64,000 nt of DNA, from contig FXAI01000008.1 of assembly GCA_900177435.1 (NCBI GenBank), positions 50,689 through 114,688 of the forward strand, in the 5' to 3' direction. The translations under genes were made by a program, and so were the position numbers. The notes beneath the pieces were generated by a model. The model did not search any database and was not told the origin of the DNA. It saw only the letters and a program-made list of their open reading frames with translations. The DNA comes from Alteromonadaceae bacterium Bs31. Lineage in GTDB: Bacteria; Pseudomonadota; Gammaproteobacteria; Pseudomonadales; Cellvibrionaceae. Below are positions 35,827 through 46,149 of this stretch, in pieces. Position 1 is the first letter of the stretch. Every line of letters starts with the position of its first letter.

Positions 35827-38010
35827 ATGACCTTAAAAATAAAAGTATTAAGTCAGCTCGTTATTGTCATTTCTCTCGCCGCTTGTGGCGGTGGTTCCGG
35901 GTCCGCGCTGCCTGTAAATGATAACGGTAGTTCCACTTCGTCATCCAGCAGTTCTTCTTCCAGCTCTTCGGGGGTGAGTTTGCCTGGGCCCGAAGCCGTT
36001 AGTTCCAGTTCATCCGGCAGCTCTGCGGGCAGTGCTAGTTCATCCGGTTCCGGTTCTTCAAGTTCAGGCTCGACCAACAGTACCAGCTCATCATCTTCAA
36101 GCTCAGGCTCGTCCAACAGTACCAGCTCATCATCTTCAAGCTCAGGCTCGTCCAACAGTACCAGCTCATCATCTTCAAGCTCAAGCTCGTCCAGCAGTGC
36201 CAGTTCGTCATCTTCAAGCTCAAGTACTTCGTCTTCCGGTGGCGTAAGGGCATGCAGCGTCGGTTCTGGTGTAACCCGGTGGGCGGATAGTTGCGCTGCT
36301 CAAGCCACGAGCTGTGTGGCGGGAGAGTGGAGGGCGCCTAAGGATGGAGGCGACACAAATGCGCCGCTGCGGATGGAATCTGAACATTTTGCTATTTACT
36401 GGCCGGAGGGTACCTCAATTACCGAGGCGGATGCTGAACTTGCCGCGAATACTTTGGAGGGGATATGGGACAAGTACTTTGGGGCTCCCCTGTTTTTCCC
36501 GGAGCCATACTGCAGTTCAAGTGAAAAATGGAAGGCAGCGGTGCATTTTGATGATGATTTCCCGCTTTGGGGTGGGGGTTGGGCCCGTAACGGCATTGAT
36601 TATATGGGCATGTGGATAGGCCCGGGTGCCGCCAAGGATGCCTGGGGTTTGGCCCATGAATTTATGCATGGGGTGCAGTCTACCACGCAGGGTTTTTCGG
36701 GTTGTGGTGAGGCGGGCTGCTGGATTTATGAGAGCCACGCCAACTGGATGCCACACCAGATTTACCGAGATGATGTGCATTGCTCGGAAATGTTGGTGAA
36801 TGCACCGCACCTTTACTATGGCTCTAGCCGAAATCGCTATTGTAATTGGCAGTTTTTTGAATTTTTAAAAGACAAGCATTGCCCCTCTGCGGTTAATGAG
36901 ATGTGGTCTTACGATGCGCCTCCGAATGAGCGGGACCCCTGGCAGAAGCTAATGCTGAGCCGGGGTTGGGATATTGAAACCCTCAATGATCTTTTTGGTG
37001 AGTGGGCTATGCACAATGTTACCTGGGATTATCGAAACCCGGATGGCACTGATCAGGGAGAGGTTTATCGCCAAAAATATGGCCGCATAAATGAACCGCC
37101 CGGGCCCAGAACCGAGCGTCGCCTGAGGTTGGCGCAGGTGGAAAACCTTGATGAGCATTGGGCTGAGAACCGCCGCTTTGTTTCTCCATTTTACTGGGCT
37201 CCTCAGCGCTGGGGCTATAACCTTGTTCGGCTCTATCCAGAGCGGGGTGCCAGTAGCGTGACCGTTCGCTTTAGAGGCGTTGTTCAGCCCAGTGCGAATT
37301 CCGGGTGGCGCTGGGGCTTGGTGGCTACGAATGGCAGTCTTACGGCTCCTCAGTACAGTGAGTTGCAGGCTGGCGCCGAGGGTGAGCTCTCTTTTTGTAT
37401 TGATGGCGATGAAGAGCTGTATTTGGTTGTTCTTGCCGCCCCCACGCTGTACCAGCCGATTTCCTGGGATAGGGAGGCGGACGGTCAGGCTTATCCGTCT
37501 ATTTATCGCTACCCTTACATGATCGAGCTGCAGGGTGCCTGGCCCCAGGGTTTTGAGGGCGGGCAGCGCAGTGCCTGCCCTGCGGGCACGGTGCGGCACA
37601 GTAACGGTGGTGGTTGTGCTCCAGCAGCAACAGCAGCAACTGTATATGTGGGGCCGTACGCAAAGATTCTTGGTGGCGAGGTATCGGGTGATGCACGCAT
37701 TGAAGATCATGCCACTGTTGTTAGTGGTACGGTGAGTGGCGGTACCGTTGGTGCTCTGAGTTTAATTGGTGTGGAGAATCGGGCCAGCTTTAATGTCATC
37801 GATAAGGCCGTGGTTCAGTCTGTTTTTTATCCTCTCGGTTGGTTTGCGAATGATCTCACCGCCAGTGGCGATGCCCGACTTCTTGGGGACTTGGAGGTGC
37901 ATTCCTCCAAGTCTGCCAATACTCATTACGGGCTGGTCAGTGATGAGGGGCTTGGTGTGCCATACGCGGATGAGCTAACTGTCGAGCCACCCTATCAATG
38001 GCGCGACTAG
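35827..38010 (+). CDS. Secreted lipoprotein with a long poly-serine linker and a C-terminal HExxH zinc-metallopeptidase-like domain.
   Basis: Lipoprotein signal MTLKIKVLSQLVIVISLAACGGG, about 100 aa of Ser-rich linker, then GLAHEFMHGVQSTTQ. The ORF-track start at 35686 adds 47 non-signal residues and is less likely. Confidence 0.65.
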   Translation: MTLKIKVLSQLVIVISLAACGGGSGSALPVNDNGSSTSSSSSSSSSSSGVSLPGPEAVSSSSSGSSAGSASSSGSGSSSSGSTNSTSSSSSSSGSSNSTSSSSSSSGSSNSTSSSSSSSSSSSSASSSSSSSSTSSSGGVRACSVGSGVTRWADSCAAQATSCVAGEWRAPKDGGDTNAPLRMESEHFAIYWPEGTSITEADAELAANTLEGIWDKYFGAPLFFPEPYCSSSEKWKAAVHFDDDFPLWGGGWARNGIDYMGMWIGPGAAKDAWGLAHEFMHGVQSTTQGFSGCGEAGCWIYESHANWMPHQIYRDDVHCSEMLVNAPHLYYGSSRNRYCNWQFFEFLKDKHCPSAVNEMWSYDAPPNERDPWQKLMLSRGWDIETLNDLFGEWAMHNVTWDYRNPDGTDQGEVYRQKYGRINEPPGPRTERRLRLAQVENLDEHWAENRRFVSPFYWAPQRWGYNLVRLYPERGASSVTVRFRGVVQPSANSGWRWGLVATNGSLTAPQYSELQAGAEGELSFCIDGDEELYLVVLAAPTLYQPISWDREADGQAYPSIYRYPYMIELQGAWPQGFEGGQRSACPAGTVRHSNGGGCAPAATAATVYVGPYAKILGGEVSGDARIEDHATVVSGTVSGGTVGALSLIGVENRASFNVIDKAVVQSVFYPLGWFANDLTASGDARLLGDLEVHSSKSANTHYGLVSDEGLGVPYADELTVEPPYQWRD
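36061..36216 (+). repeat. Perfect 39-bp tandem repeat with three identical units and one degenerate unit, encoding SSGSSNSTSSSSS within the poly-Ser linker.
   Basis: agctcaggctcgtccaacagtaccagctcatcatcttca is repeated identically at 36100-36138 and 36139-36177. The first unit (36061-36099) differs at two positions and the fourth is degenerate. Confidence 0.85.
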
Positions 38011-38079
38011 CAATGGCGGGGGCAGTGCGGACGACTATAAACGTTGGCGCTCTGCCTCTTGGGCCTTGGCAGGTAAGCG

Positions 38080-39465
38080 CTACTCGCCGAACTCCACGGC
38101 AACGCGATTGTTTCTGCTTGCAGCGGCATTCCACTCGGCTGCGCTGAGATAGCGGGTCATTGTGGGGTATTCGTAGCGGGGTTCTTCGAGCCCGCTGGTG
38201 AGCACGTCCACCTCGATAGTGCCTTCCTTGAGAGGAGCTGCATTTTGCTCGAAATTCATATACGGCAGGCTTAAGTAGTCGCCCACCGAAAAATCCTGAT
38301 CAAGGTCTGACAGCAGTGTGCAATCCTGGGCCGGGCTTGCCGGGTCTGCAAGTTGCCAATTGCCAGCGCTGTCTGTTTCCAGGCAGAAGTTGCCAAAATG
38401 AATGTTAAGCGCCAGGTTTCCGCTGAAGCCGGCGCTCGCAAGGCGGTAAACAAGATTGCTCACTTTCAGCATCTGTTGCTCGTCTAAAGGCAGCGCGTTG
38501 AAAGCAAATTGCATGTCGGCTTCCAGTGCCCAGCTGATTGTGCTCATCAGGCCCCAGTTGTTTTGGGGTGTCAGGCCTGGAGATTTGATGGAGCCGAGGC
38601 TCTCGGTAAGCGATGAGATAAGTTGCTGGTTGTTGGTGTTAAGATTCACCAGCTCATCGTAATCGTCATTAATTTGTTTTAGTTCATTCTTGGTACTAAA
38701 CAGTTCGTAGGCCAGCAGGGCCAAGCCGAGGAAGATTAAAAATAATAGTGAGCTGGAGACGAAAGCGCTGCGGCGCTGTTCGGCATTCATTTCTGCGTTT
38801 ACCACGGATAGCGGTACATCACCAACGGTTGCTTCTTTCTCGCTGGTTTTTTCCATTTCTGCGCTAAGGCGCCTGACGATAAAGCGTGAGTTGTCTGTGA
38901 TTTGCTGGCGCACGTCTGAAACATGCATTTCAAACAGCCTTGCAACCTGAGAGCGAACTTGTTCCAGAGACGCATCTTCAGGCTCCTGGGGGGCGGCAGG
39001 AGCAGCTACTTCGGGTGGCTTGGGCGTATCGTGTTCTGGTGGCTGAGGGTCTATTTCTGTACTGTCTTGTTGTTGCGGTGTTTCTGATTTTTTTCTGGGT
39101 ACAATCTTCAGGCTGGAAAGTGCACGTTCCAGGCTGGAGGGCTTTATGACTTCTTTGGAGAGAATATCAAGAGCCCCCAGCGCGCGCGCCTGGCCCACAT
39201 AAACATCGCCTTTTTGTGCGGTGTACATAATCACCGGAATCATGGCGGTATTGGCGTTGGCTTTGATTATTTTCAGCGCTTCGAAGCCATCCATACCCTC
39301 CATGTGGTGATCCATGAAGATCACTGCTGGTGTTCGGTAGGTGAGGTAGCCTAAAGCTTCTTCAGCACTGAAGGCAGCGTCGACAATAAGATCGTAGCGA
39401 GATAGCATCTTTTTGAGACGAAGCTGCGCTGTTTTGGAGTCGTCGACCACCAGTACTCGTTGCAT
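38080..39465 (-). CDS. Hybrid protein with an N-terminal receiver (REC) domain, a Pro-rich linker, a single TM helix and an extracytoplasmic domain of about 220 aa of unknown function.
   Basis: REC motifs VLVVDDS, IFMDHHMEGMDG and the T/K of VIMYTAQKGD. Linker PQPPEHDTPKPPEVAAPAAPQEP, TM helix FVSSSLLFLIFLGLALLAY, and a C-terminal ...NNRVAVEFGE. Confidence 0.65.
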   Translation of the reverse strand: MQRVLVVDDSKTAQLRLKKMLSRYDLIVDAAFSAEEALGYLTYRTPAVIFMDHHMEGMDGFEALKIIKANANTAMIPVIMYTAQKGDVYVGQARALGALDILSKEVIKPSSLERALSSLKIVPRKKSETPQQQDSTEIDPQPPEHDTPKPPEVAAPAAPQEPEDASLEQVRSQVARLFEMHVSDVRQQITDNSRFIVRRLSAEMEKTSEKEATVGDVPLSVVNAEMNAEQRRSAFVSSSLLFLIFLGLALLAYELFSTKNELKQINDDYDELVNLNTNNQQLISSLTESLGSIKSPGLTPQNNWGLMSTISWALEADMQFAFNALPLDEQQMLKVSNLVYRLASAGFSGNLALNIHFGNFCLETDSAGNWQLADPASPAQDCTLLSDLDQDFSVGDYLSLPYMNFEQNAAPLKEGTIEVDVLTSGLEEPRYEYPTMTRYLSAAEWNAAASRNNRVAVEFGE

Positions 39466-39775
39466 GTGTGTTGGGCCTTGTTATTTTATAGTTTATCTGG
39501 AGCTAAATGCGGCGATTATGCAGCTAATTTAATCAATCTTGCCCCCTTGATGCTAGTGGTAAAGGGGATTAATGTGAGCTTGTTGTAGCTTTTTAGCTTC
39601 AAGCGTCGGCAATATTTACAGTCGCTGTAATCTTGTGCTGGACCTCCTGCTTGTATCGCAGCTGCAAATAAGCCCATGCTGTTTAGAGTGTAGAATATAC
39701 CGCAGCGAAAAAACCAAGTGTTACTGCGGTCTTTCTACAATTCATTCTTACTTATGCTACTACCTCGTACCTCGC

Positions 39776-41032
39776 ATGCTAGAGCTTACAGAACATACCA
39801 GTAACAACCGTCAGCGCATTCTCAGTCGAATTCTGGTTTTGCGGGTAATTGCTCTGCTTGTAGCCTTGGCTGTGCTGTTGGGCTTCCAGTTCTATTTGCA
39901 GCGTGAGCTTAATTATAGCTTGCTCTACAGCATCGCAGTCATGGTGTTAATTTACACGGTATTTACCTTGCTGCGGTTGAGGAGAAGCAAGCCCGTTACG
40001 GATATCGAGCTGTTTGTCCATTTGCTAATGGATGGCATTATTTTATTGGTGCTGGTTTTTTATTCTGGCAGGGCCAGTAATCCATTCATTTATTACTTAC
40101 TGGTATTGGTTGCAATAAGTGCGGCCATATTCAATGGCAGGCTCGCATGGAGTTTTGCCGCTCTGTCGGTATTCGCTTACACCGCTCTTTTGTATGTTGA
40201 TATCGGTGCTCACCTTCATCATATGTTTACTGATTTCCAGTTGCATCTGGTAGGCATGTGGGTCAATTTTGTGGGTAGCACTATGCTAATCAGTTATTTC
40301 GTTTCTACATTGGCAACGGCCCTGCGGGATAGGGAAGTACGTCTGGCTAAAGCCAGGGAGGCAACGCTTAAAAACGAACAGTTAATTGGCATCGGTGCTT
40401 TGGCTGCGTCTACAATGCATGCGCTTGGTACACCATTATCTACCATGGCGGTTACCCTCAGTGAGCTTAAACACGATCAGGTACTTGATAGTGAAAATGC
40501 AGATCTACTGCTTTCTCAAATTGAGCGATGCAAACAGACAATGGGTAAGCTCGCTCTTATTGCAGAGAGTAAAAAGCCGGACGCCCAGATAGCTTTTGTG
40601 GGTGATCTAATAGAAGAGTTGGAAGAGCACTATCATCTGCTTTGCCCCAGAATTATGCCGTGCTATGACATAGAAGGCAGCGCTCGAGATAAAGCGGTGA
40701 ATGAAAGTGTGCTCCTGCTTTATGCCTTAATCAACCTGGTTGATAATTCTATTCGAGCAGCCAAAGCGGAAGTGCTGGTAAAGGTTGCGGTGCAGGAAGA
40801 TGTGCTGATAATCACCATCGTCGATGACGGCCCTGGTGTTCCCGCTGAAATGTTGGAAGATTTTGGCAAGCCAAATTTTTCCAGGCAAAACGGTGGTTTG
40901 GGTATTGGCGTTTTTTTGGCGAATACCACTTTGGAGAAGCTGGACGGTAGTATTGTTTTGTTTAACCCCCAAGAGAGCAGGAGCGGGAAAACAACGGTTG
41001 TTGTGGAGCTGCCCTTAGTCAAAAATGAGTGA
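39776..41032 (+). CDS. regB: Membrane sensor histidine kinase, RegB/PrrB/ActS-like.
   Basis: Five to six N-terminal TM helices, H-box ASTMHALGTPLS and an HATPase_c region (LINLVDNSIRA...DDGPGV...GGLGIG). Start taken at the ATG at 39776; the 8-bp overlap with the downstream regulator suggests coupling. Confidence 0.7.
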   Translation: MLELTEHTSNNRQRILSRILVLRVIALLVALAVLLGFQFYLQRELNYSLLYSIAVMVLIYTVFTLLRLRRSKPVTDIELFVHLLMDGIILLVLVFYSGRASNPFIYYLLVLVAISAAIFNGRLAWSFAALSVFAYTALLYVDIGAHLHHMFTDFQLHLVGMWVNFVGSTMLISYFVSTLATALRDREVRLAKAREATLKNEQLIGIGALAASTMHALGTPLSTMAVTLSELKHDQVLDSENADLLLSQIERCKQTMGKLALIAESKKPDAQIAFVGDLIEELEEHYHLLCPRIMPCYDIEGSARDKAVNESVLLLYALINLVDNSIRAAKAEVLVKVAVQEDVLIITIVDDGPGVPAEMLEDFGKPNFSRQNGGLGIGVFLANTTLEKLDGSIVLFNPQESRSGKTTVVVELPLVKNE

Positions 41033-41561
41033 TAAAAAATTATTTTATTTAGAAGACGATGAAGTGCTGGCACAGGTGAGTTGCAGAGCTTTGCAAAAGC
41101 GTGGTTACGCTGTATCGCACTTTCTAAGCCTCGCCGACGCTGAGGTTTGCGGTAATTTGGCGGGTTTTCAGTTCGCCTTGCTGGACTTAAAGCTGGGAGA
41201 TGGCAATTCGTTACCCTTGATCGACCGCTTGCATCAGGCAAATAGCAATATGAATATTGTCGTGCTCACCGCTTATGCCAGTATTGCCACAGCCGTGCAG
41301 GCAGTTAAAAGTGGGGCCGCCAATTATCTCGCCAAGCCCGCCACAATAGACGAAGTAGTACGTGCCTTTGAGGGGCAAGTGAGTGAGGCGGAAAATGTAG
41401 AAGAGCTGAACGATGAGATGTCGCTGCGTCGCAGGGAGTGGGAAACCATTCAGGCTGCACTTGCTGCTAACAATGGCAATGTGTCGGCCACCGCCCGACA
41501 GCTCAAAATGCATCGTCGAACATTGCAGCGAAAGTTACAGAAAAAGCCCGTTAGTGAATAA
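41025..41561 (+). CDS. regA: Response regulator of the RegA/PrrA/ActR family (REC domain plus Fis-type HTH).
   Basis: REC motifs (YLEDDE, ALLDLKLGDG) and the highly characteristic C-terminal ...ATARQLKMHRRTLQRKLQKKP. Confidence 0.8.
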   Translation: MSDKKLFYLEDDEVLAQVSCRALQKRGYAVSHFLSLADAEVCGNLAGFQFALLDLKLGDGNSLPLIDRLHQANSNMNIVVLTAYASIATAVQAVKSGAANYLAKPATIDEVVRAFEGQVSEAENVEELNDEMSLRRREWETIQAALAANNGNVSATARQLKMHRRTLQRKLQKKPVSE

Positions 41562-41679
41562 CGCCAGTCTTTGCGCCGAACCAGGCCTCATCTTTTTTTA
41601 CCAAGTTTGTCATAGATATACCTTATAGCCATGTAAGATGCAGCCTTCCCGCTATGCGAAGGCCAGGAAGCGCTGAGTA

Positions 41680-43023
41680 ATGAAATCCAAATTTACCGAA
41701 GGCTCTATATTTCGTCATGTTTGCGTGATGACATTTGCCTCTACTGCGGGTTTGCTTTCCCTGTTTTTTGTGGATCTGGTGGATATGTACTGGCTTAGCC
41801 TGCTGGGAGTAGTAGAGCTGGCCGCTGCGATCGGCTATGCAGGTTCCATTCTGTTTTTTACCCTGTCTCTTTCTATTGGCCTTTCCATTGGGTGCGGGGC
41901 CTTGGTCTCACAGTCCGTTGGGCGAGGGCAGGTCGATGAGACCAGCGCTTTAGTGGGCAACCTTTTTACCATCATTTTTTCTATTACTTTACCGGTATCC
42001 CTTGCGGTACTTTTTGCAAAAAAATGGTTGCTTACTGTGCTGGGGGCAAGTGGGCCTGCTCATGAATATGCCAGCGCCTATCTGCAAATAATTTTACCCA
42101 GTTTACCCTTATTAGGTTTAGCGATGGCCGGTGGAGGGGTTTTGCGTGCGCTTGGTAACGCCAAGGAGGCAATGTATTTAACCTTGCTGGGCGGGTTTGT
42201 AAATGCGGTGCTGGACCCGGTTTTTATCTTTGGTTTGGGCTGGGGGATAGAAGGCGCAGCAGTGGCTTCAGTGTTTGCGCGTATTGCGATGCTTCTGTAT
42301 GGGATTTATCGTATAGCCCTGGTGTATCAACTGATTCAATGGCCAGTGTGGCGCCGCATGGCGGCTGATGCCCAAGAGTATTTTTCTACCGCGCTTCCTG
42401 CCGTACTTACCAATCTGGCAACGCCAATTGGTGTTGCCTACGTTACCGCGATGATGGCGCAGTTTGGCGATAGCGCCGTAGCGGGTAACGCAATTATTTC
42501 AAAAGTACAGCCTTTGGCTTTCGCGGGGCTGTTTGCACTTTCTGCTTCCATTGGGCCGATTGCGGGACAGAATTTTGGCGCTAGAAATTTTGATCGCGTA
42601 TTGGAGACCTTGTACAGCAGTATTAAATTTATCGCCCTCTATTCCGCAGTGGCTTGCCTTGTGATGTTTTTACTGGTTGATCTTCTGGTGGTGGCATTTA
42701 AGGCAAAAGATGAAGCAGAGCAATTGATTCGATGGTTCTGTTATGGTTTAAGCAGTATGTTCTTTTTTGGCGGTATTACCTTTTGCACCAATGCCTTGTT
42801 TAACAATCTTCGCATGGCTCACTGGGCAACCATATTCAACTTCTCAAAAGCAACAATTTTTACCATGCCATTCGTTTTAGTGGGTGCAAAATGGGGCGGT
42901 CCGGTTGGTATAATGGTGGGATTGTATATTGGTGCTGCGTTGGTGGCGGTAGCAGGCTTGGTTATGGCGTATTACAAAATTTCCCGCTTAGGGGCGATGG
43001 AGCAATCCGCAAACGTTTCTTAA
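41680..43023 (+). CDS. MATE family multidrug/sodium efflux transporter.
   Basis: 447 aa with 12 predicted TM helices and a MATE-like duplicated topology. Confidence 0.8.
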   Translation: MKSKFTEGSIFRHVCVMTFASTAGLLSLFFVDLVDMYWLSLLGVVELAAAIGYAGSILFFTLSLSIGLSIGCGALVSQSVGRGQVDETSALVGNLFTIIFSITLPVSLAVLFAKKWLLTVLGASGPAHEYASAYLQIILPSLPLLGLAMAGGGVLRALGNAKEAMYLTLLGGFVNAVLDPVFIFGLGWGIEGAAVASVFARIAMLLYGIYRIALVYQLIQWPVWRRMAADAQEYFSTALPAVLTNLATPIGVAYVTAMMAQFGDSAVAGNAIISKVQPLAFAGLFALSASIGPIAGQNFGARNFDRVLETLYSSIKFIALYSAVACLVMFLLVDLLVVAFKAKDEAEQLIRWFCYGLSSMFFFGGITFCTNALFNNLRMAHWATIFNFSKATIFTMPFVLVGAKWGGPVGIMVGLYIGAALVAVAGLVMAYYKISRLGAMEQSANVS

Positions 43024-43137
43024 GCTTGTGAATAAATAGATCATCCTGAGCAGTTAATGCGCCGCCCTTATCCTCTGAGTTTGTGCGGATGCAGGCCAGT
43101 ACTCAATTATTACGATGAAACTTTAACGGAGAATACC

Positions 43138-43872
43138 ATGAACAAAAACGTCTTGAATTTCACGGCAATAGCGCTGTTTGGCCTATGTGCTCCACTGGCA
43201 GTTAATGCCGGCTCCTATCAGGGCGAACTGAATGCCACGCTCGCCAATGTAGACGTGGATGGTGGAAGCAGCGAAAACCTTTGGGGCATAGGTGGTGAGT
43301 TTTATTTTGCTCCGGTAAACACAGAGGGGCATCCTCTGGCTGAAGCGGCATATCTTGAGTGGGCTTCGGGCGTTCATGCAAGTTATGTCAGTCAGGATGG
43401 CGGCGATGTATCCTCCACCAATATAGGTGCGAAGGGTTATATTCCCAACTCCATTATATATCTCGGCGCAGATTACACCCGCGTTGATTATGATAATGGG
43501 GATAGCAATACTTGGTCTTTTACCGGTGGCGTTCGGCTGATTGAAAACCTGCTATTAACGACCACCTACAACGACGATACCGGTTACGACCTAAACGTAA
43601 GCGCTAAATATGTCGCAAAAATTTCAGGTAATCAGGCAGTTAATATCTACGGTAGTTTTGTCAACGACGACAACAATAGCTTTACGCTAGGTGGCGATTA
43701 TTACTTTACGCCGAAAACAGGTGTGGGCGTTAAAATTGATGATTATGGTTCCACCAGCGATTATACCTTTAATGTCAGCCACTTTTTTACCGAGGAGCTC
43801 TACTTGCGTGGGTTTTACACCAGTGGTGAATACAGTGATACCTTTGGCCTTAAGGGCGGCTGGCGCTTCTGA
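43138..43872 (+). CDS. Small outer-membrane beta-barrel protein (porin-like).
   Basis: Signal peptide MNKNVLNFTAIALFGLCAPLAVNA, alternating beta-strand pattern and a C-terminal GGWRF. RBS GGAGA before the ATG at 43138. Confidence 0.55.
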   Translation: MNKNVLNFTAIALFGLCAPLAVNAGSYQGELNATLANVDVDGGSSENLWGIGGEFYFAPVNTEGHPLAEAAYLEWASGVHASYVSQDGGDVSSTNIGAKGYIPNSIIYLGADYTRVDYDNGDSNTWSFTGGVRLIENLLLTTTYNDDTGYDLNVSAKYVAKISGNQAVNIYGSFVNDDNNSFTLGGDYYFTPKTGVGVKIDDYGSTSDYTFNVSHFFTEELYLRGFYTSGEYSDTFGLKGGWRF

Positions 43873-43906
43873 TTTTGAGGCAGTTTTTAATCCTTTTGGG
43901 GATTAC

Positions 43907-43937
43907 AAGGGGCTGCTTATGCAGCCCTTATTTTTTG
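43907..43937 (+). terminator. Rho-independent terminator after the outer-membrane protein gene.
   Basis: AGGGGCTGC-ttat-GCAGCCCTT followed by ATTTTTTGTT. Confidence 0.6.
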
Positions 43938-44632
43938 TTGACCCGAGCCATTAATTCTTCTGCGCTTTCTTTTCGCTCTGAATAGCGATCAACTAAGTAA
44001 TCTTTTTTATCTCGCAGCAGCAAGGTGAATTTTACCAGCTCTTCCATAACGTCCACGATACGGTCGTAGTAAGCTGAGGGCTTCATCCGGTCGTTATCAT
44101 CAAATTCCAGCCAGGCTTTGGCGACAGAGGATTGGTTGGGGATAGTGAACATCCTCATCCAGCGGCCCAATATGCGCAGTTGATTGACCGCGTTAAAACT
44201 TTGCGAGCCACCACATACTTGCATTACTGCCAGTGTTTTTCCCTGGCTAGGGCGAACTGCACCCAGAGAAAGTGGTATCCAGTCAATTTGGGATTTCATT
44301 ACTCCAGTCATCGCGCCATGGCGCTCGGGTGAGCACCACACCATTCCATCGCTCCACTGAACAAGCTCACGCAGCTCTTGAACTTTTGCGTGCTCTGCAT
44401 CGCTGTCGTCAGGTAAAGGCAATCCAGAAGGGTTAAATGTGCGGGTTTGCGCTCCGAATTGCTGGAGGATTCTTGCGGCTTCCTCGGTGGCCAGTCGGCT
44501 AAAAGATCGGCTTCTTAAAGAACCGTAAAGCAACAGTATTTTCACCGGAGCCTGGTTCTCATTGTCTAAGCTCAGTTTTTCTTTTGCTATGGGCGTAAGT
44601 GCGTCTTTTACAATATTGGGCAGTTCTTTCAT
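43928..44632 (-). CDS. arsH: ArsH, an NADPH-dependent FMN reductase associated with arsenic resistance.
   Basis: [17 protein letters not shown]... flavodoxin-like NADPH:FMN reductase motif. Last gene of the arsR-arsC-acr3 operon. Confidence 0.8.
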   Translation of the reverse strand: MKELPNIVKDALTPIAKEKLSLDNENQAPVKILLLYGSLRSRSFSRLATEEAARILQQFGAQTRTFNPSGLPLPDDSDAEHAKVQELRELVQWSDGMVWCSPERHGAMTGVMKSQIDWIPLSLGAVRPSQGKTLAVMQVCGGSQSFNAVNQLRILGRWMRMFTIPNQSSVAKAWLEFDDNDRMKPSAYYDRIVDVMEELVKFTLLLRDKKDYLVDRYSERKESAEELMARVNKK

Positions 44633-45649
44633 TTATTCAAACCAGTGTCTGGTGCGGTTGGCAAAGGCGACTAGGGAGAGCATTACAGGTACCTCTACCA
44701 GTACACCAACAACGGTTGCCAGTGCTGCGCCAGATTGTAAGCCGAACAAGGAAATTGCAACGGCCACCGCGAGCTCAAAAAAGTTGGATGTGCCGATCAT
44801 GCAGGCGGGGGCGGCAATATTGTGAGGTAGCCGCATTTTTTTTGCCAGAAAATAGGCAATAGCAAATATACCGTAGGTTTGGATGAGTAGCGGGATGGCG
44901 ATTAATACGATGGTTGAAGGTTGAGCCAGAATGGTTTTGGCTTGAAAGCCGAAAAGCAATACCACGGTTGCCAGCAAACCAATAATGGACCAAGGTTTTA
45001 AGAGCTGCAGGAAATGATTTAAGCGCTCATGATTGTCTCTGCGGTCGAGTACTTTACGGGTAAGAGCGCCGGCGATTAGTGGCAGCAGCACATAGAGCAC
45101 AACAGATAAAAGTAAGGTTTCCCAGGGCACTTGGATGTCACTGATCCCCAGCAAAAATGCAGCGATAGGGGCAAAGGCAAAAATCATGATGACATCGTTT
45201 ACGGAAACCTGGACCAGAGTGTAGTTGGGGTCGCCTTTGGTGAGTTGGCTCCACACGAACACCATTGCCGTACACGGAGCTACCCCAAGCAGGATCATGC
45301 CTGCGATATATTCGGAAGCGCTAGCGGGGTCGACAAAATCAGCAAATAAAACCTTGAAGAACAGCCAGCCCAGAGCTGCCATGGTGAAGGGTTTAATCAG
45401 CCAGTTAATTACCAGAGTAAGTACAAGTCCCTTAGGCTTTTTACCGATATCTTTGATGGATGAGAAATCCACCTGAATCATCATCGGGTAAATCATTACC
45501 CAGATAAAAATCGCTACCGGTAAATTCACATGAGCGTATTCCAGTTTTGCGAAGAATTCAAAAACGCCAGGAAAGAAATAGCCAAGAAATACGCCTGCGA
45601 GAATACACAGGCCAACCCATACAGAGAGTAAGCGCTCGAATATTCCCAT
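44633..45649 (-). CDS. acr3: ACR3-family arsenite efflux permease.
   Basis: N-terminus [20 protein letters not shown]..., 10 TM helices over 338 aa. Confidence 0.85.
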   Translation of the reverse strand: MGIFERLLSVWVGLCILAGVFLGYFFPGVFEFFAKLEYAHVNLPVAIFIWVMIYPMMIQVDFSSIKDIGKKPKGLVLTLVINWLIKPFTMAALGWLFFKVLFADFVDPASASEYIAGMILLGVAPCTAMVFVWSQLTKGDPNYTLVQVSVNDVIMIFAFAPIAAFLLGISDIQVPWETLLLSVVLYVLLPLIAGALTRKVLDRRDNHERLNHFLQLLKPWSIIGLLATVVLLFGFQAKTILAQPSTIVLIAIPLLIQTYGIFAIAYFLAKKMRLPHNIAAPACMIGTSNFFELAVAVAISLFGLQSGAALATVVGVLVEVPVMLSLVAFANRTRHWFE

Positions 45650-46122
45650 TAGTTCTGCTCCCCTATGCGCTCTAGAGCCTGTTTAAGTTCTACCTCACTC
45701 ATGTTCTCAAGGTCCAACGCCAACATCGCCTTTACTCTCTGTTCGATAGTCGCCATTACAGCATAAAAAGCAGATTTTATTTCCTGTTCTGTTCCTTCGA
45801 GCTTTGATGGGTCGGGCAGGCCCCAGTGAACTTGTATGCTCTTGCCAAACCATACCGGGCAGGTTTCTTTTGCGGCACTGTCGCATACGGTAAACACCAC
45901 GTCTGGTTCGAAAGCTTCGTGTTCATCCCAGGACTGGCTTATCAAGCCTTCTGTGGAAATACCCTTTTCCTGTAAGTACTGAATGGAACGTGGATGAACC
46001 TCGCCGACGGGCGAACTTCCGGCGCTGCGCGCTTCCAGTTTGCCCTTGCCTAAGTGATTACTAATTGCCTCGCCGAGAATACTTCGACAGCGGTTATGGG
46101 TGCAGATATATAAAATTTTCAT
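45649..46122 (-). CDS. arsC: Arsenate reductase of the LMW protein-tyrosine-phosphatase (thioredoxin-coupled) family.
   Basis: [17 protein letters not shown] is a CX5R P-loop. Confidence 0.85.
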   Translation of the reverse strand: MKILYICTHNRCRSILGEAISNHLGKGKLEARSAGSSPVGEVHPRSIQYLQEKGISTEGLISQSWDEHEAFEPDVVFTVCDSAAKETCPVWFGKSIQVHWGLPDPSKLEGTEQEIKSAFYAVMATIEQRVKAMLALDLENMSEVELKQALERIGEQN

Positions 46123-46149
46123 TGGCGACTCCTGATCAAATTCTGGGGC

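Noticed and set aside
35853-36253. ORFs within the poly-Ser repeat: 35853..36155 on the minus strand (an E/L/D-rich 100 aa) and 36032..36247 / 36035..36253 with HHLQAQARPTVPA or KMMSWYCWTSLSL repeats.
   Set aside because: They are alternative-frame or antisense readings of the 39-bp tandem repeat that encodes the serine linker of the lipoprotein. Their periodic peptide repeats are an artefact of the DNA repeat.
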